From: an uncultured Pseudomonadales bacterium | GTDB lineage: Bacteria > Patescibacteriota > Microgenomatia > UBA1400 > CAYNFZ01 | Direction of reading: 5' to 3' | DNA length: 64,000 nt | Assembly (NCBI GenBank): GCA_964398525.1 | Contig: CAYNMS010000002.1 | Coordinates: forward strand, 2,403 to 66,402 | Shown: positions 29,755 to 39,519 of the stretch, piece by piece | Numbering within the stretch: the stretch's first letter is position 1 | Layout of the letters: each line of letters begins with the position of its first letter | Program-made: the position numbers and the translations under genes | Notes under the pieces: generated by a model | Seen by the model: only the letters and a program-made list of their open reading frames with translations | Told to the model about the DNA's origin: nothing | Databases searched by the model: none

Positions 29755-31623
29755 TTAGCCCAGGAGTTGGTCGATATCGATTTCGTCATTTAAGAACTGG
29801 TCTAGGAGCGAATCGTTGAGATTGGAGTTGGGAGAGGAAAAAGGACGAAGAAGATGGGGTGGAATTTCTGAGAGAAAACGCGAGGACAGATTGGAGCCAC
29901 GACCACCAAAATACAACCGGTTTTTGGCATAAGTTAGATAGAGGTGGCGCCGGGCTCGAGTCAAAGCCACATAGCAAAGGCGTCTTTCTTCCTCGAGCTC
30001 GTGAGGCTCGAGAAGACTGCGGCTATGGGGAAACAAGCCTTCTTCCAGGCCAACCACAAAAACCTGATCAAACTCCAAGCCTTTGGCTGAATGCATGGTC
30101 ATGAGAGTTAAAGGAGCGGAGGTAGCGGCGTTGGTGGGCCGATGATTTTGATCGTAGCTTTGAGTGTTGTTTTCAACCAGGGAGACACTTTCGAGAAAAT
30201 CAGAAAGAGACTCAAACTGAGTTGAAACACTTTTTAACTCTTGAATATTTTCCAAGCGGGAGAGGTCGGCTTCATCTTTGGGATCGAAGCGGTCGAGGTA
30301 GTTGGTGGCCTCGAGGACCTGATCGAAAATTTGAGTGCTAGTTAATTTTTGGAGATCAAGAGAGGAAAGTTTGGTTTGAAAGGAATGTAAACGGCGTTTA
30401 CCCAAGGCTTGGGCACGATTGAGACTGACGGTGTCGGAAGGGTTGATGAGAAGGCGCAGATAGGCAAGGATGTCTTTGATTTCTTTGCGTTGGTAAAATT
30501 TGACGCCACCAACTAAGACATAGGGAATACCGGCTCGTATACAAGCTTCTTCGAAGGCACGTGATTGGGCATTAGTGCGATAAAGGACGGCGGAGGATGA
30601 GTCAGGGTGGTGACGAAGCGCGCTTAAAACAAATGAGGCCTCGTGTTTTTCGTCTTCGGCAACAAAAAGGTGGAGCGGATCGCCGTCGGTTTGATCGGTC
30701 CAAAGAGAAAGAATGGGGTGGGTTTTGTTGTGGGAGATAACAGCGTGGGCGGCGTCGAGGATGGGTTGGGTACTGCGGTAGTTGCGTTCAAGTTTGATGG
30801 TGGTGAGTTCGGGAAAATCGGTTTCAAGAAAGTTAAGATTTCTGTAGTCGGCGCCGCGCCACCTGTAGATGGATTGGGAGGCATCACCGACAACTGTCAA
30901 GCGGCGATGCTCTTGAGCAATAGTTTTGATAATTAAGTATTGGGCTTTGTTGGTGTCTTGATATTCGTCCACTAAAACGTGGGCAAAACGAGATTGGTAA
31001 CGGAGACGAACCGGAGGAACATCGAGCAAGAGGCGGACGGTGTAGTTGAGAAGGTCGTCAAAATCTAGAGCAGAAATTTCCTGGAGGTGACGTTGATAGT
31101 GGGTGTAGAGGGTGGCGATGGTAGTTTGAAAGTGGCCATAGGCGATGGTTTGATAATCGGCTGGGGTGAGTAATTCGTTTTTGGCTTGAGAGATTTGAGA
31201 TAAAACGGTGCGGGGGCGAAATTCTTTGGGTGATAAATCGAGTTGGCGGAGAAGGTGTTTGATCAGGTCTAATTGATCAGTGTCGTCATAGATTAAATAG
31301 TCGGGTGAGAGTCTCAAGTGGTGGGCTTCACGGCGAAGGAGTTTGGCACAGAAGCGATGAAAAGTGCCAGCGAAAGGTAGAGTGGTACCGACTAAGGTTT
31401 CCAAGCGTTCCTGCATCTGGCTGGCGGCTTTGTTAGTAAAAGTGAGCAGGAGAATTGAGTTGGGATCAGCCCCTTGATGGATGAGGTTGGCGGTACGATA
31501 AATGAGGGTTCTGGTTTTACCACTACCGGCTCCGGCTAAAACCAAGAGAGGCCCCTGATTGTGAGTGACGGCAGAGAGTTGTTGAGAATTGAGTTGTTGG
31601 GAAAAGTCGATGGCTGATGGCAT
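29755..31623 (-). CDS. pcrA: ATP-dependent DNA helicase PcrA/UvrD
   Basis: LAGAGSGKT, VDEYQDTN, NYRS, HSAKGLEF, EEERRLCYVALTRA; start at MPSAID. Confidence 0.93.
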   Translation of the reverse strand: MPSAIDFSQQLNSQQLSAVTHNQGPLLVLAGAGSGKTRTLIYRTANLIHQGADPNSILLLTFTNKAASQMQERLETLVGTTLPFAGTFHRFCAKLLRREAHHLRLSPDYLIYDDTDQLDLIKHLLRQLDLSPKEFRPRTVLSQISQAKNELLTPADYQTIAYGHFQTTIATLYTHYQRHLQEISALDFDDLLNYTVRLLLDVPPVRLRYQSRFAHVLVDEYQDTNKAQYLIIKTIAQEHRRLTVVGDASQSIYRWRGADYRNLNFLETDFPELTTIKLERNYRSTQPILDAAHAVISHNKTHPILSLWTDQTDGDPLHLFVAEDEKHEASFVLSALRHHPDSSSAVLYRTNAQSRAFEEACIRAGIPYVLVGGVKFYQRKEIKDILAYLRLLINPSDTVSLNRAQALGKRRLHSFQTKLSSLDLQKLTSTQIFDQVLEATNYLDRFDPKDEADLSRLENIQELKSVSTQFESLSDFLESVSLVENNTQSYDQNHRPTNAATSAPLTLMTMHSAKGLEFDQVFVVGLEEGLFPHSRSLLEPHELEEERRLCYVALTRARRHLYLTYAKNRLYFGGRGSNLSSRFLSEIPPHLLRPFSSPNSNLNDSLLDQFLNDEIDIDQLLG

Positions 31624-31698
31624 GCTAGAATGAGCTAAAGAACTGCTGGTTACCATAACACGGAAACCGAGGTCTGTACAGTAAATCGAAGGAGAAAA

Positions 31699-32367
31699 AT
31701 GGAATATATTGTGGCAAATTGGAAATCTCACAAAAGCTTGGCTGAGGCTAAGGAATGGATGGAGGAAATGAGTAAATACTGGAGAGAGTTGTCTGAGAGG
31801 GAAGTGGTGGTAGCACCGCCGATGCCTTACTTGGAGCAGATGAGTGAATATAAAAAGTCTTTGACTGGAATGAAGTTGGCTTGCCAAGACTTATCACCAT
31901 TTCCTTTTGGGGCCTATACCGGAGCCGTGGCGGCAGCGATGGTGAATGATTGGTGTGAATATGCCATAGTGGGTCATTCTGAGAGACGAGCTTATTTTGA
32001 GGAAAAACACCAACAAATTGCCAATAAAGTTGAGCAAGCAAGAGAGGCAGGAATAAAGGCAATTGTGTGTGTGGATCGAGGATATGTGAAGGCTCAAGCA
32101 GCAGCGTTGGGAGAAAATATAGGAGAAATAATTGCTTATGAACCGTTGGAAGCCATTGGGACGGGATTGGCCCAAGATCCGGAGGAAGTTAAGAAAGTGG
32201 TGGCTGAAATTCGTCTGGTGGCAAAACCAAAAGCAATTCTTTATGGCGGAAGCGTGAATGCGGATAATGCTAGAGAGTTTTTAAAAATAGATGGGGTGGA
32301 TGGTCTACTGGTGGGAGGGGCGAGTTTAAAAGCCGAGAGTTTTGCCAGGATTTGCGGACTAGTGTGA
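31699..32367 (+). CDS. tpiA: Triosephosphate isomerase
   Basis: ANWK, GHSERR, AYEP..AIGTG, YGGSV, LVGGASL. Confidence 0.97.
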   Translation: MEYIVANWKSHKSLAEAKEWMEEMSKYWRELSEREVVVAPPMPYLEQMSEYKKSLTGMKLACQDLSPFPFGAYTGAVAAAMVNDWCEYAIVGHSERRAYFEEKHQQIANKVEQAREAGIKAIVCVDRGYVKAQAAALGENIGEIIAYEPLEAIGTGLAQDPEEVKKVVAEIRLVAKPKAILYGGSVNADNAREFLKIDGVDGLLVGGASLKAESFARICGLV

Positions 32368-33981
32368 AACAGAATAAATGGAGTAAGAGGGAGACTCGAG
32401 TAGGAGAGGAAATTGGCTGAAGTAGCTGAGATTGATTTCAAATGAAGCGTGTTCGGAAGGGCCGATAACCACATAATCGATTGAGTAGTGGTCTAGGAGC
32501 AAGGAGGCCTGGCTGGAACCGGAGTAGATATTGGCGATGTCTGTTTCTCTGGTGGTGTAGTCGAGGCCATAAGTCCAGAGCCAACCACGGTAGCCCATGA
32601 GAATTTGTCTGCCGGTGAGGGTGGGGATAAAGTGATTGTGTTGGTCGCTGGTGAGAATAACTGAGTCGGGGGAGGTAAGTTCTCGGACTTTGGAGGCTAG
32701 GTCTAATTCTTCATTCGTAAACATGGGGGTTTGGAGCTTTTCAAAATCCAGAAGGCGAAGAGCGTCGAGAAAACCGGAGAAGGTGAAAACAAGGAAAAGG
32801 AGGCTGAAAGCGATTAAACCAAGGCGTTTGGCTTGAAGTAGACGAAAAAGAAGAGTGGTGGCAGGCAGACTAAAGGCAAGGTAAATCCAGGTGAAGATTT
32901 TGGAATTGTCCCAGTCGTAGGGTTGGAAAAGAATTAGGTTTGATAAAAAGAAGAGAAAATAGAAGGGCAAGAAGAAAAGCTTTTGGCGCGAGGGGAGAAA
33001 GAAGTAGCCAACAAAAGAGGCGGGGAGAAACAAACCCCAGTTGATTAACCAAAACCAAAACCAGTTGATGTCTTTGCTTTTAGCTAGCCAGCCAGGATAA
33101 AGGCGGAAAAACGATTCAGAAGTACTAGGAAAGATGAAATGAGTGGCTAGAGGATAAGCGACAGAAAGACTGATAAAGGCGGTGAGCATCCAGTAGGAAA
33201 AAGGGTGGCGTCTGAGAGTAAGGAGAAATATCCAAAGGGTTAAGATAGCCATGACTATGGCGGTGTGAGCGTGGATAATAGGAAGGGGGCCAAGGAGAAG
33301 ACCGAGGACGAGAAAATGACGGAGTTTGACTTTGGTGGCAAAAATGCGCCAGAGGAGAGTGAGGATGAGTAGACCAGTGATTAGCCCCAGAAGAAAGGCA
33401 CGTTGAGGCACGAGCTCGCCCGAGATGATGTTGATCCATTCGATGTAATGGGAACCAATGTGAGTGTATTCCTGAGGCAAATGGGTGATGGTGGTCAAAA
33501 AGCCAGTCTGGGCAACGTCCTGGAAGAAATAAATAAAACCCAAACCACCACTGAAGAACCATAAAAGAGAGGCAACGAGCGCGCGGGAAAGAGAGGAAAA
33601 TTGGGAGTATACCCAAGGCAGGAGAAATAAAAGAATGAGGCAGAGAAAACCTCCGAGAAAATTCCAGGCCAGATGATGGGGAAGACCTAGACGAAGAAGA
33701 TAGCCGCCAAGCATATCCGCGACAAAAGAATAAGAAAAAGGGTGGCCGTAAAAAAGAGGGTGATTCAGGGGAAAAGTCGAGCGGAAAGCAAAAGCGCTCA
33801 TGTAACTTAGGTGAACAGCGCCGTCTGCCCAACTGCCCACCCACCCAGCAACAATACCAGTTGGGGTGGAGACTAATTGCCGGCTCCAAAGAAGGAGAAA
33901 GTAAAGAGAGCCTATCAGGGAGTAAACTAGGAGAAAGAGTTTGGAGCGGGTAAAAGTAAACTTGAGGCGAAACTTAGTCAT
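32359..33981 (-). CDS. Polytopic membrane protein, probable GT-C glycosyltransferase
   Basis: About 13 TM, WAD..VH loop motif, C-terminal soluble domain (LTGRQILMGYRGWLWTYG, IDYVVIG). Confidence 0.65.
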   Translation of the reverse strand: MTKFRLKFTFTRSKLFLLVYSLIGSLYFLLLWSRQLVSTPTGIVAGWVGSWADGAVHLSYMSAFAFRSTFPLNHPLFYGHPFSYSFVADMLGGYLLRLGLPHHLAWNFLGGFLCLILLFLLPWVYSQFSSLSRALVASLLWFFSGGLGFIYFFQDVAQTGFLTTITHLPQEYTHIGSHYIEWINIISGELVPQRAFLLGLITGLLILTLLWRIFATKVKLRHFLVLGLLLGPLPIIHAHTAIVMAILTLWIFLLTLRRHPFSYWMLTAFISLSVAYPLATHFIFPSTSESFFRLYPGWLAKSKDINWFWFWLINWGLFLPASFVGYFFLPSRQKLFFLPFYFLFFLSNLILFQPYDWDNSKIFTWIYLAFSLPATTLLFRLLQAKRLGLIAFSLLFLVFTFSGFLDALRLLDFEKLQTPMFTNEELDLASKVRELTSPDSVILTSDQHNHFIPTLTGRQILMGYRGWLWTYGLDYTTRETDIANIYSGSSQASLLLDHYSIDYVVIGPSEHASFEINLSYFSQFPLLLESPSYSIYSVSH

Positions 33982-34054
33982 TGTGATAGTATAGCCAATT
34001 GGAGTTGAGTCAAAAAGGGTCGTGTAAATGAGGTAAGTGAGATAGAATTTAGAA

Positions 34055-35308
34055 GTGAAAAAAAGGACAAAATTTTTACTGGGGTTAATTCTAGGGTTTG
34101 CTTTGGTAACAAGACTCTGGAACTTGAATTACCCGCAAAACTACTACTTTGACGAGGTTTATCATGCGTTTACGGCTGGAGCATATGCCCAAAATGACCC
34201 CAAAGGTTATGAATGGTGGCACACATCGGTGGTGGAGGGAACGGCTTATGAGTGGTTGCATCCACCTGTTTCTAAATTAATGATGGCGGTGTCGATATGG
34301 CTAATAGGGGATGAGAGTTTTGCGTGGAGATTTCCAGGAGCCTTGATGGGGGTAATAATGGTGGGAGTGTGCTTTTGGTTGGGGAAAGTTATTTTTGGGA
34401 GCAGAAGAGCAGGTTTGTGGGCGGGGGCAATTGCTAGTTTGGAAGGGTTACTTTTGGCTCAATCACGTATAGCCATGAATGATATTTATGTGACGACATG
34501 GATGTTGCTGGGGATAGGTTGGTATTGGAAATGGAGAAAAGAGGGTAGAAATAATTGGAAGGATTTGATGATATCAGCTGGGTGGTTGGGACTGGGGGTG
34601 GCAACTAAATGGTCGGGAGTATTTGCCCTAGGAACGGTGGGGTTATGGGAAATTATGGAGTTAATAGCAAATAAGGGTAAGCACTGGAGAAAATCGGTAG
34701 CTGGTGGGTTGATTTATTTGGTAGCAGCAGGGGGAATTTATATTGCTTCTTACAGCCAGTTTTGGTTACAGGGGCATACGTGGCAACAGTGGGTGGAACT
34801 GCATAAGCAGATTTGGTGGTATCAAACTAATTTGGAGGCAACTCATGCTTATCAAAGCACACCAATACAATGGTTATTGAATTTAAAACCGGTGTGGTAT
34901 TTTGTGGAATACAAAGAGAAGACTGTAGCCAATATCTATGCCCTAGCAAATCCAGCCATTGCCTGGGGAGGATTATTGGCGGCGGGATGGATGTTGTGGC
35001 AGGGGGTTAGGGCTAAAAAAAGAGAATACTTGTTTTGGTTGAGTTGTTATTTGTGGGTGTGGTTACCTTGGGTGGGTTCACCCAGAATAATGTTTTTTTA
35101 TCACTACACGCCGGCGATGGCATGGTTGAGTATTGGTATTGGGGAGAGTTTGGCCCGACTGGAAAAGACTAGTTGGGGGAAGTGGTTTGGGTTTACTTAC
35201 TTATTGGTGGTGATAGGTATGTTTGTTTTTTTCTGGCCGGTGTGGACTGGAGTGGCGGTACCAACAGAGTGGAGCAAGTGGTTCTTTTGGATATCAAGCT
35301 GGAAATAG
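34055..35308 (+). CDS. Protein O-mannosyltransferase-like GT39 enzyme
   Basis: FDEVYH, HPP, WRFP, ATKWSG, HAYQS, MFFYHYTP. Confidence 0.88.
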   Translation: MKKRTKFLLGLILGFALVTRLWNLNYPQNYYFDEVYHAFTAGAYAQNDPKGYEWWHTSVVEGTAYEWLHPPVSKLMMAVSIWLIGDESFAWRFPGALMGVIMVGVCFWLGKVIFGSRRAGLWAGAIASLEGLLLAQSRIAMNDIYVTTWMLLGIGWYWKWRKEGRNNWKDLMISAGWLGLGVATKWSGVFALGTVGLWEIMELIANKGKHWRKSVAGGLIYLVAAGGIYIASYSQFWLQGHTWQQWVELHKQIWWYQTNLEATHAYQSTPIQWLLNLKPVWYFVEYKEKTVANIYALANPAIAWGGLLAAGWMLWQGVRAKKREYLFWLSCYLWVWLPWVGSPRIMFFYHYTPAMAWLSIGIGESLARLEKTSWGKWFGFTYLLVVIGMFVFFWPVWTGVAVPTEWSKWFFWISSWK

Positions 35309-35309
35309 G

Positions 35310-36155
35310 TTAGAGCAACAAAAGGCTTAAAGCGCCGACAACCAAAACGGCAAATCCGACTGAGAAGACTGTAAGAGTGGGAAAAGACGAGCCGGCTGTA
35401 GGTAGGTTGGGTGCGGGAGAGACTGAAGGTGAAGGCACAACTCCACCCGTGACTGGAGTGGAAGGGTTGGGGGTAGTACTGAGAGGAGTGGGTGTGGGTG
35501 AAGGAGTTGGGGCAGTTGGAGTAGGAGTGGGAGAGGGTGTAGGTGAAGGTGAGGGTGAAGGTGTGGGAGTGGGTTCGGGTCCACCTAAAGGCTGACAGGT
35601 AGCAGATTCTGGATAAGACTCAAGTCGACAGGTATCAGTTTGGGGGGAACAGAAGTAAGTTTGATCGGCGGTTTGACACTGCTCATCGGTGGTGCAAGGT
35701 GAGTCACAGGTGTATTCAACATCTTCCGGCTGACAATCAGATTGGTCCGGATAATCCGGATGTCGACAAGTGCCGGTGGTAGTAGAACAGGTATATTCTT
35801 GATCGGCGGTTTGACACTGCTCATTGGTGGTGCAAGGTGAGTCGCAGGTGTATTGGCAAAGACAATCTTGGGAAGCTGGACATTCAGGATTAACACAAAC
35901 CTCAAGATCTTGATTACAGACTAGACCAGTTCCACACTGATTGTTTGTTTGACAAGTGCCTTGGTAGCAGCTGAGAGGGTTAACAGTAAAACTAAAAGAG
36001 CAAGTTTCTGCCGCAGCTGGCCGGGATTGGGGAGCAGTGGGGGCTACAGAAGTGCTACCGCGAGACTTAAGAAAAAGGGCGACTCCAACTGCGGTGGCAG
36101 CGATAAAGACAATTGAAGTAATGATGACTAGTGAGATGGGCTTGGGTCGATGCAT
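35310..36155 (-). CDS. Cys-rich repeat surface protein with Pro/Thr linker and C-terminal LPTAG plus TM
   Basis: N-terminal TM; repeated YTCDSPCTT.EQCQTADQ; PTPTPS linker; LPTAG then hydrophobic tail; TAATG coupling to upstream gene. Confidence 0.8.
   Translation of the reverse strand: MHRPKPISLVIITSIVFIAATAVGVALFLKSRGSTSVAPTAPQSRPAAAETCSFSFTVNPLSCYQGTCQTNNQCGTGLVCNQDLEVCVNPECPASQDCLCQYTCDSPCTTNEQCQTADQEYTCSTTTGTCRHPDYPDQSDCQPEDVEYTCDSPCTTDEQCQTADQTYFCSPQTDTCRLESYPESATCQPLGGPEPTPTPSPSPSPTPSPTPTPTAPTPSPTPTPLSTTPNPSTPVTGGVVPSPSVSPAPNLPTAGSSFPTLTVFSVGFAVLVVGALSLLLL
35661..35854. repeat. Intragenic direct repeat, 138-bp period
   Basis: 56-bp blocks 35661-35716 and 35799-35854 differ at 2 positions. 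Confidence 0.9.
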
Positions 36156-37636
36156 TAAAGTTGATCCCAGGCGGTACATTGTGGTTGGGCATCACATGCC
36201 TGGCACTGGACTTGGTATTGGCCAGGTTGTGTGACAAAAAGGTTGAGAGATAAATTGGGTTGAGATGAACTGACGCCGATGGTTTGCCAAGCTTGATCAT
36301 TGATGCGATAGCGAAAGTTGTAACTAGTAACTTGACTAATGCCAGCCCCTCCTGCAGTACAAGTGAAATTGACAGAATCACCGATTTGAGGGGATGGAAG
36401 AGAAGAGTTGAGGTTGGAACATACAAAAGATTCGGTTATTAAAGGGGTGGGGGTTGGTGTGGGTAAGGGAGTAGAGGGTGGGGTGGGCGAAGAAGGTGGT
36501 GGAGTAGGTTGGGAAGAATATACAGGTAAAGGGGTGGGGTAAGTTCCACCGACGGCAGGCTGGCCACAGGAGAGGTTGGGTTCACATTCACAATAGGTGA
36601 TGCCAGAGAGAACCAGTTCACCAGCGATGGAGTCGGACTGGATGCGGACACAATCCTGATAACAATTGGTTTTGGCATTTGAACCACAAGCCTCGTTGCC
36701 ACAGCCTATAAATACCCGATCACCTTCTTGGGAACAAGTTTGTTGGGAGGAGCTGATATAGCCACAGGCGTGCATGTTGACTTCAGTTCCCCACTGACCA
36801 AATTCATTACACATTCGTCCCATGCCATCCGTGGTACATTGGGCTTGTCCGGGGGAGCATTCTTGAGAAGAGGTGTTACCCGTACAGATGTTGGCACAAA
36901 CACTGGCGGCTTGAGAACCGGTGGTAGTGTTGGTGCACATTTGAAAATCGACGGAACCGTTGTTGTCATAATCACATTTTAGAAGGTAAAGACAACCCCC
37001 ACCGGCAGTATTGCCGGTGTCAACCCAACCATTGACGTTGGTGCAAGATGATGAAGGACTAGGGTTGGTGGTTGATGTTGGTCCTGTCCAACCTTCACAA
37101 CAGTGGAGCCCCCCACACACGTCCACAGGTCCGCCAGATTCAGATGCATGAGGACAGTCGCCACTGCCGGAGCCAGGGTTGGCACACCAGCTACAAGTGG
37201 GTCCTGAAGGGTTTGAGGGGGGTGGGGTGGGGTCTGGATTTGAAGTACCGCCAGGATTCCAACCGGTACAACAAGGCAGACCACCACAAACATCGACGCC
37301 GCCACCTGACTCCGGAGCGTGGCCGGTTGAAGCAAAACATTGATCTGCACCAGCACACCAACTACAAGATGGGGTGGTGGAGGCTTGTTGGCGAATATCT
37401 TGAGATTGTTGAACCAAGCGCAAGCCTACGACGCTACCAATTCCAAGCGTGAAGACTAGAAAGGTTGATAATAGAAGGTTTTTTTTAGGGTTAGGTTTGC
37501 CAAATCTTGAAGGCTTAGAAGAGTTTGGTGAATCAGAAGCAGCGTTTGGTGAGGGGCTTGAAGGTGGATTGAGGATTGGTTGACCAGGACGAGATGTCGG
37601 TGGGCGAAAAGTTGGAGTGGTTGGGTTTTGGTCCAT
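36155..37636 (-). CDS. Cys-rich membrane-anchored surface protein
   Basis: Pro-rich N-terminus, TM, QQSQDIRQQA, two CSWCA...VDVCGGL.CC.GW repeats, Pro/Thr linker, Ig/PKD-like C-terminus. Confidence 0.8.
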   Translation of the reverse strand: MDQNPTTPTFRPPTSRPGQPILNPPSSPSPNAASDSPNSSKPSRFGKPNPKKNLLLSTFLVFTLGIGSVVGLRLVQQSQDIRQQASTTPSCSWCAGADQCFASTGHAPESGGGVDVCGGLPCCTGWNPGGTSNPDPTPPPSNPSGPTCSWCANPGSGSGDCPHASESGGPVDVCGGLHCCEGWTGPTSTTNPSPSSSCTNVNGWVDTGNTAGGGCLYLLKCDYDNNGSVDFQMCTNTTTGSQAASVCANICTGNTSSQECSPGQAQCTTDGMGRMCNEFGQWGTEVNMHACGYISSSQQTCSQEGDRVFIGCGNEACGSNAKTNCYQDCVRIQSDSIAGELVLSGITYCECEPNLSCGQPAVGGTYPTPLPVYSSQPTPPPSSPTPPSTPLPTPTPTPLITESFVCSNLNSSLPSPQIGDSVNFTCTAGGAGISQVTSYNFRYRINDQAWQTIGVSSSQPNLSLNLFVTQPGQYQVQCQACDAQPQCTAWDQL

Positions 37637-37639
37637 ACA

Positions 37640-39028
37640 TTACTTGGTGGAGCGGTGTCGCAAAAATAATCCAGCAAGAAGGGTGGAACTACCCAGGAAA
37701 AGAATGAGAAGTGTTTGACTAATATTGCCAGCCACAGGCACACCTCCCTTGGAAACAGGTTGTGTAGTTCTGCCGGAATCTGTGGCCACGGTGGCGGGGG
37801 TTGGAGAAGGAGTGAGGGTTGGAGTTGGAGAAAGAGTGGGCAGAGGAGTGGGGGTGGGAATTGGAGTGGGAATTGGAGTGGGGGTGGGGGTAAGTTGGCC
37901 CGAAGGGGAAGAGGTAAAGGAGGGAAGATTTGAGTCTTGAGCATAGACCGTGAAACTTCGGGTAAGGGTTTGTAAAAGTCCAGAAGTGTCGGTGTAGGTT
38001 AGAGTAATTGTGTGTTGGCCGGGTTCAAGATCTTGTGGGGGTGTCCAAGAGAAGTTGCCCTCTGAGTCAGAAGTAACTTCATCTTCGTAAGTAACAGGGG
38101 ATTCGACTTTGATTTGGAGGCGAGTATTGGCAGGTGCTTTTCCTTGGATTTCCGGACGCGAGGTATCTAGTTGTTGGCCATCGGAGGCGGGGTTTAATAA
38201 AATTACCGCAGCTTGACTGGCGGTTTCTGACTCTAGATTAGTTTCTGAGGTTGATTCTGGGCTAGGATCTGGGGTTGATGATCTTGAAAAATCAAAGTCT
38301 TGGCCTAAAACAATAGGAGGAACGGGTTGGTGGTTGGAAGTGTCGGTTTTCCCTGAGGTTTTGGTGGAGTCGGTACTAACGACATCGATGATGATGGGGG
38401 TGGTTTGATCATAGGAAATAAAGCCACTGAGATCGGCGGTGCGTATTGTAGAAAGAGGGAGTGCCCAAGAACCTGAAGCTTTGACAAGAGTGGAAATAGG
38501 GGTAGCGCCAGGCAGACGAATGTAGAGTATAGACCCCTCAGCTGGTGTTTGGGCGGGCGTGGTCACAGTCCCATAGATAGTTTCTGAGTCTGGAGCGTTA
38601 CCGAGAGATGCACCTGTAGTGATCTGATAGGGTTGGCCGTTTTGATCAAAAAGGTCTTGACTTCCAGAGCCAAGTTTAAAATAGTAAGTGGTAGTTGGTT
38701 TGAGATCAGAGATAGAGATATGATGAGTGACGAAAGAGCCGGTCTGACCAGAGAGACGATCTCTTTCATCGGGGACGGTAGTGTCCAACTCTGTGGAAGT
38801 GCCGTAACGAACAAAACCAGTGGTTGGCTGATCCGTTACCCAGGAAACGGTAAACGAACGATCAGTAACGTTGGTTATTTGAACTTGTTTTGGGGTGGCT
38901 TCTGGGGCGGCTCGGGGTAAGAAATTGGTTTGTCTACCAACCAAAAAGACACCGACGCCAGCACCGATAAACAAGATTAGGAGGGCAAAAATGGTAGGTA
39001 TTTGTTTCTTGAGCAGGGTTTTGTCCAT
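37640..39028 (-). CDS. Fibronectin-III/Ig-like domain surface protein with C-terminal VPVAG plus TM
   Basis: VQITNVT..SFTVSWVT, LKPTTTYYF (Fn3); GNFSWT..LEPGQHTIT (Ig-like); PTPTP linker; start at MDKTL. Confidence 0.82.
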   Translation of the reverse strand: MDKTLLKKQIPTIFALLILFIGAGVGVFLVGRQTNFLPRAAPEATPKQVQITNVTDRSFTVSWVTDQPTTGFVRYGTSTELDTTVPDERDRLSGQTGSFVTHHISISDLKPTTTYYFKLGSGSQDLFDQNGQPYQITTGASLGNAPDSETIYGTVTTPAQTPAEGSILYIRLPGATPISTLVKASGSWALPLSTIRTADLSGFISYDQTTPIIIDVVSTDSTKTSGKTDTSNHQPVPPIVLGQDFDFSRSSTPDPSPESTSETNLESETASQAAVILLNPASDGQQLDTSRPEIQGKAPANTRLQIKVESPVTYEDEVTSDSEGNFSWTPPQDLEPGQHTITLTYTDTSGLLQTLTRSFTVYAQDSNLPSFTSSPSGQLTPTPTPIPTPIPTPTPLPTLSPTPTLTPSPTPATVATDSGRTTQPVSKGGVPVAGNISQTLLILFLGSSTLLAGLFLRHRSTK

Positions 39029-39123
39029 AAATTCAGGATGACACGAAGTTATCACCATGAGAGAACTCAGGGCTGACTCCATGGTAACGGCTCAAGAGAA
39101 TTAACTCAATATGTCAAAATGTA

Positions 39124-39519
39124 TCATTGCCCCAAAAAAGGATTATTTCCAGGCGAAGCTGGTGGTGGGGTTGGGGTTGGGGTGGTGGCGGAGGGGGAGG
39201 CGGTTAGACCGGCTGATGGAGTGGCGGGGGGAAGGGTTGACTGGATGTCTGGATTGGGCAGAGTGGAGGCCCGGAGTTTGAACGCCTCCAACTCTTGACT
39301 GGTAAAAGAAAGGCGATTGCCTAAGGCTCCGGCTTGATCAATGTAGAGCTCGGAAGTTATAGGTTCCACATTTAAAGAAATTTGTTGAGAAGAATCTTGC
39401 TGGTTATAGACCCAAAATATTTCGAATGCGATCCAAATGATGACGACCAAAAAACTGATTAAGGCGAGTTTGAAGAGATTTTGTTTTAATTTTAGTCTCG
39501 GGTGGGAGGATAATTTCAT
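39124..39519 (-). CDS. Hypothetical single-TM protein at the pilP-equivalent position
   Basis: N-terminal TM, Pro/Thr tail ending GNNPF; overlaps the pilO-like stop codon. Confidence 0.65.
   Translation of the reverse strand: MKLSSHPRLKLKQNLFKLALISFLVVIIWIAFEIFWVYNQQDSSQQISLNVEPITSELYIDQAGALGNRLSFTSQELEAFKLRASTLPNPDIQSTLPPATPSAGLTASPSATTPTPTPPPASPGNNPFLGQ

Noticed and set aside
35661-35854. Direct repeat considered as a CRISPR array
   Set aside because: Only two copies, in frame inside a CDS, with no cas genes.
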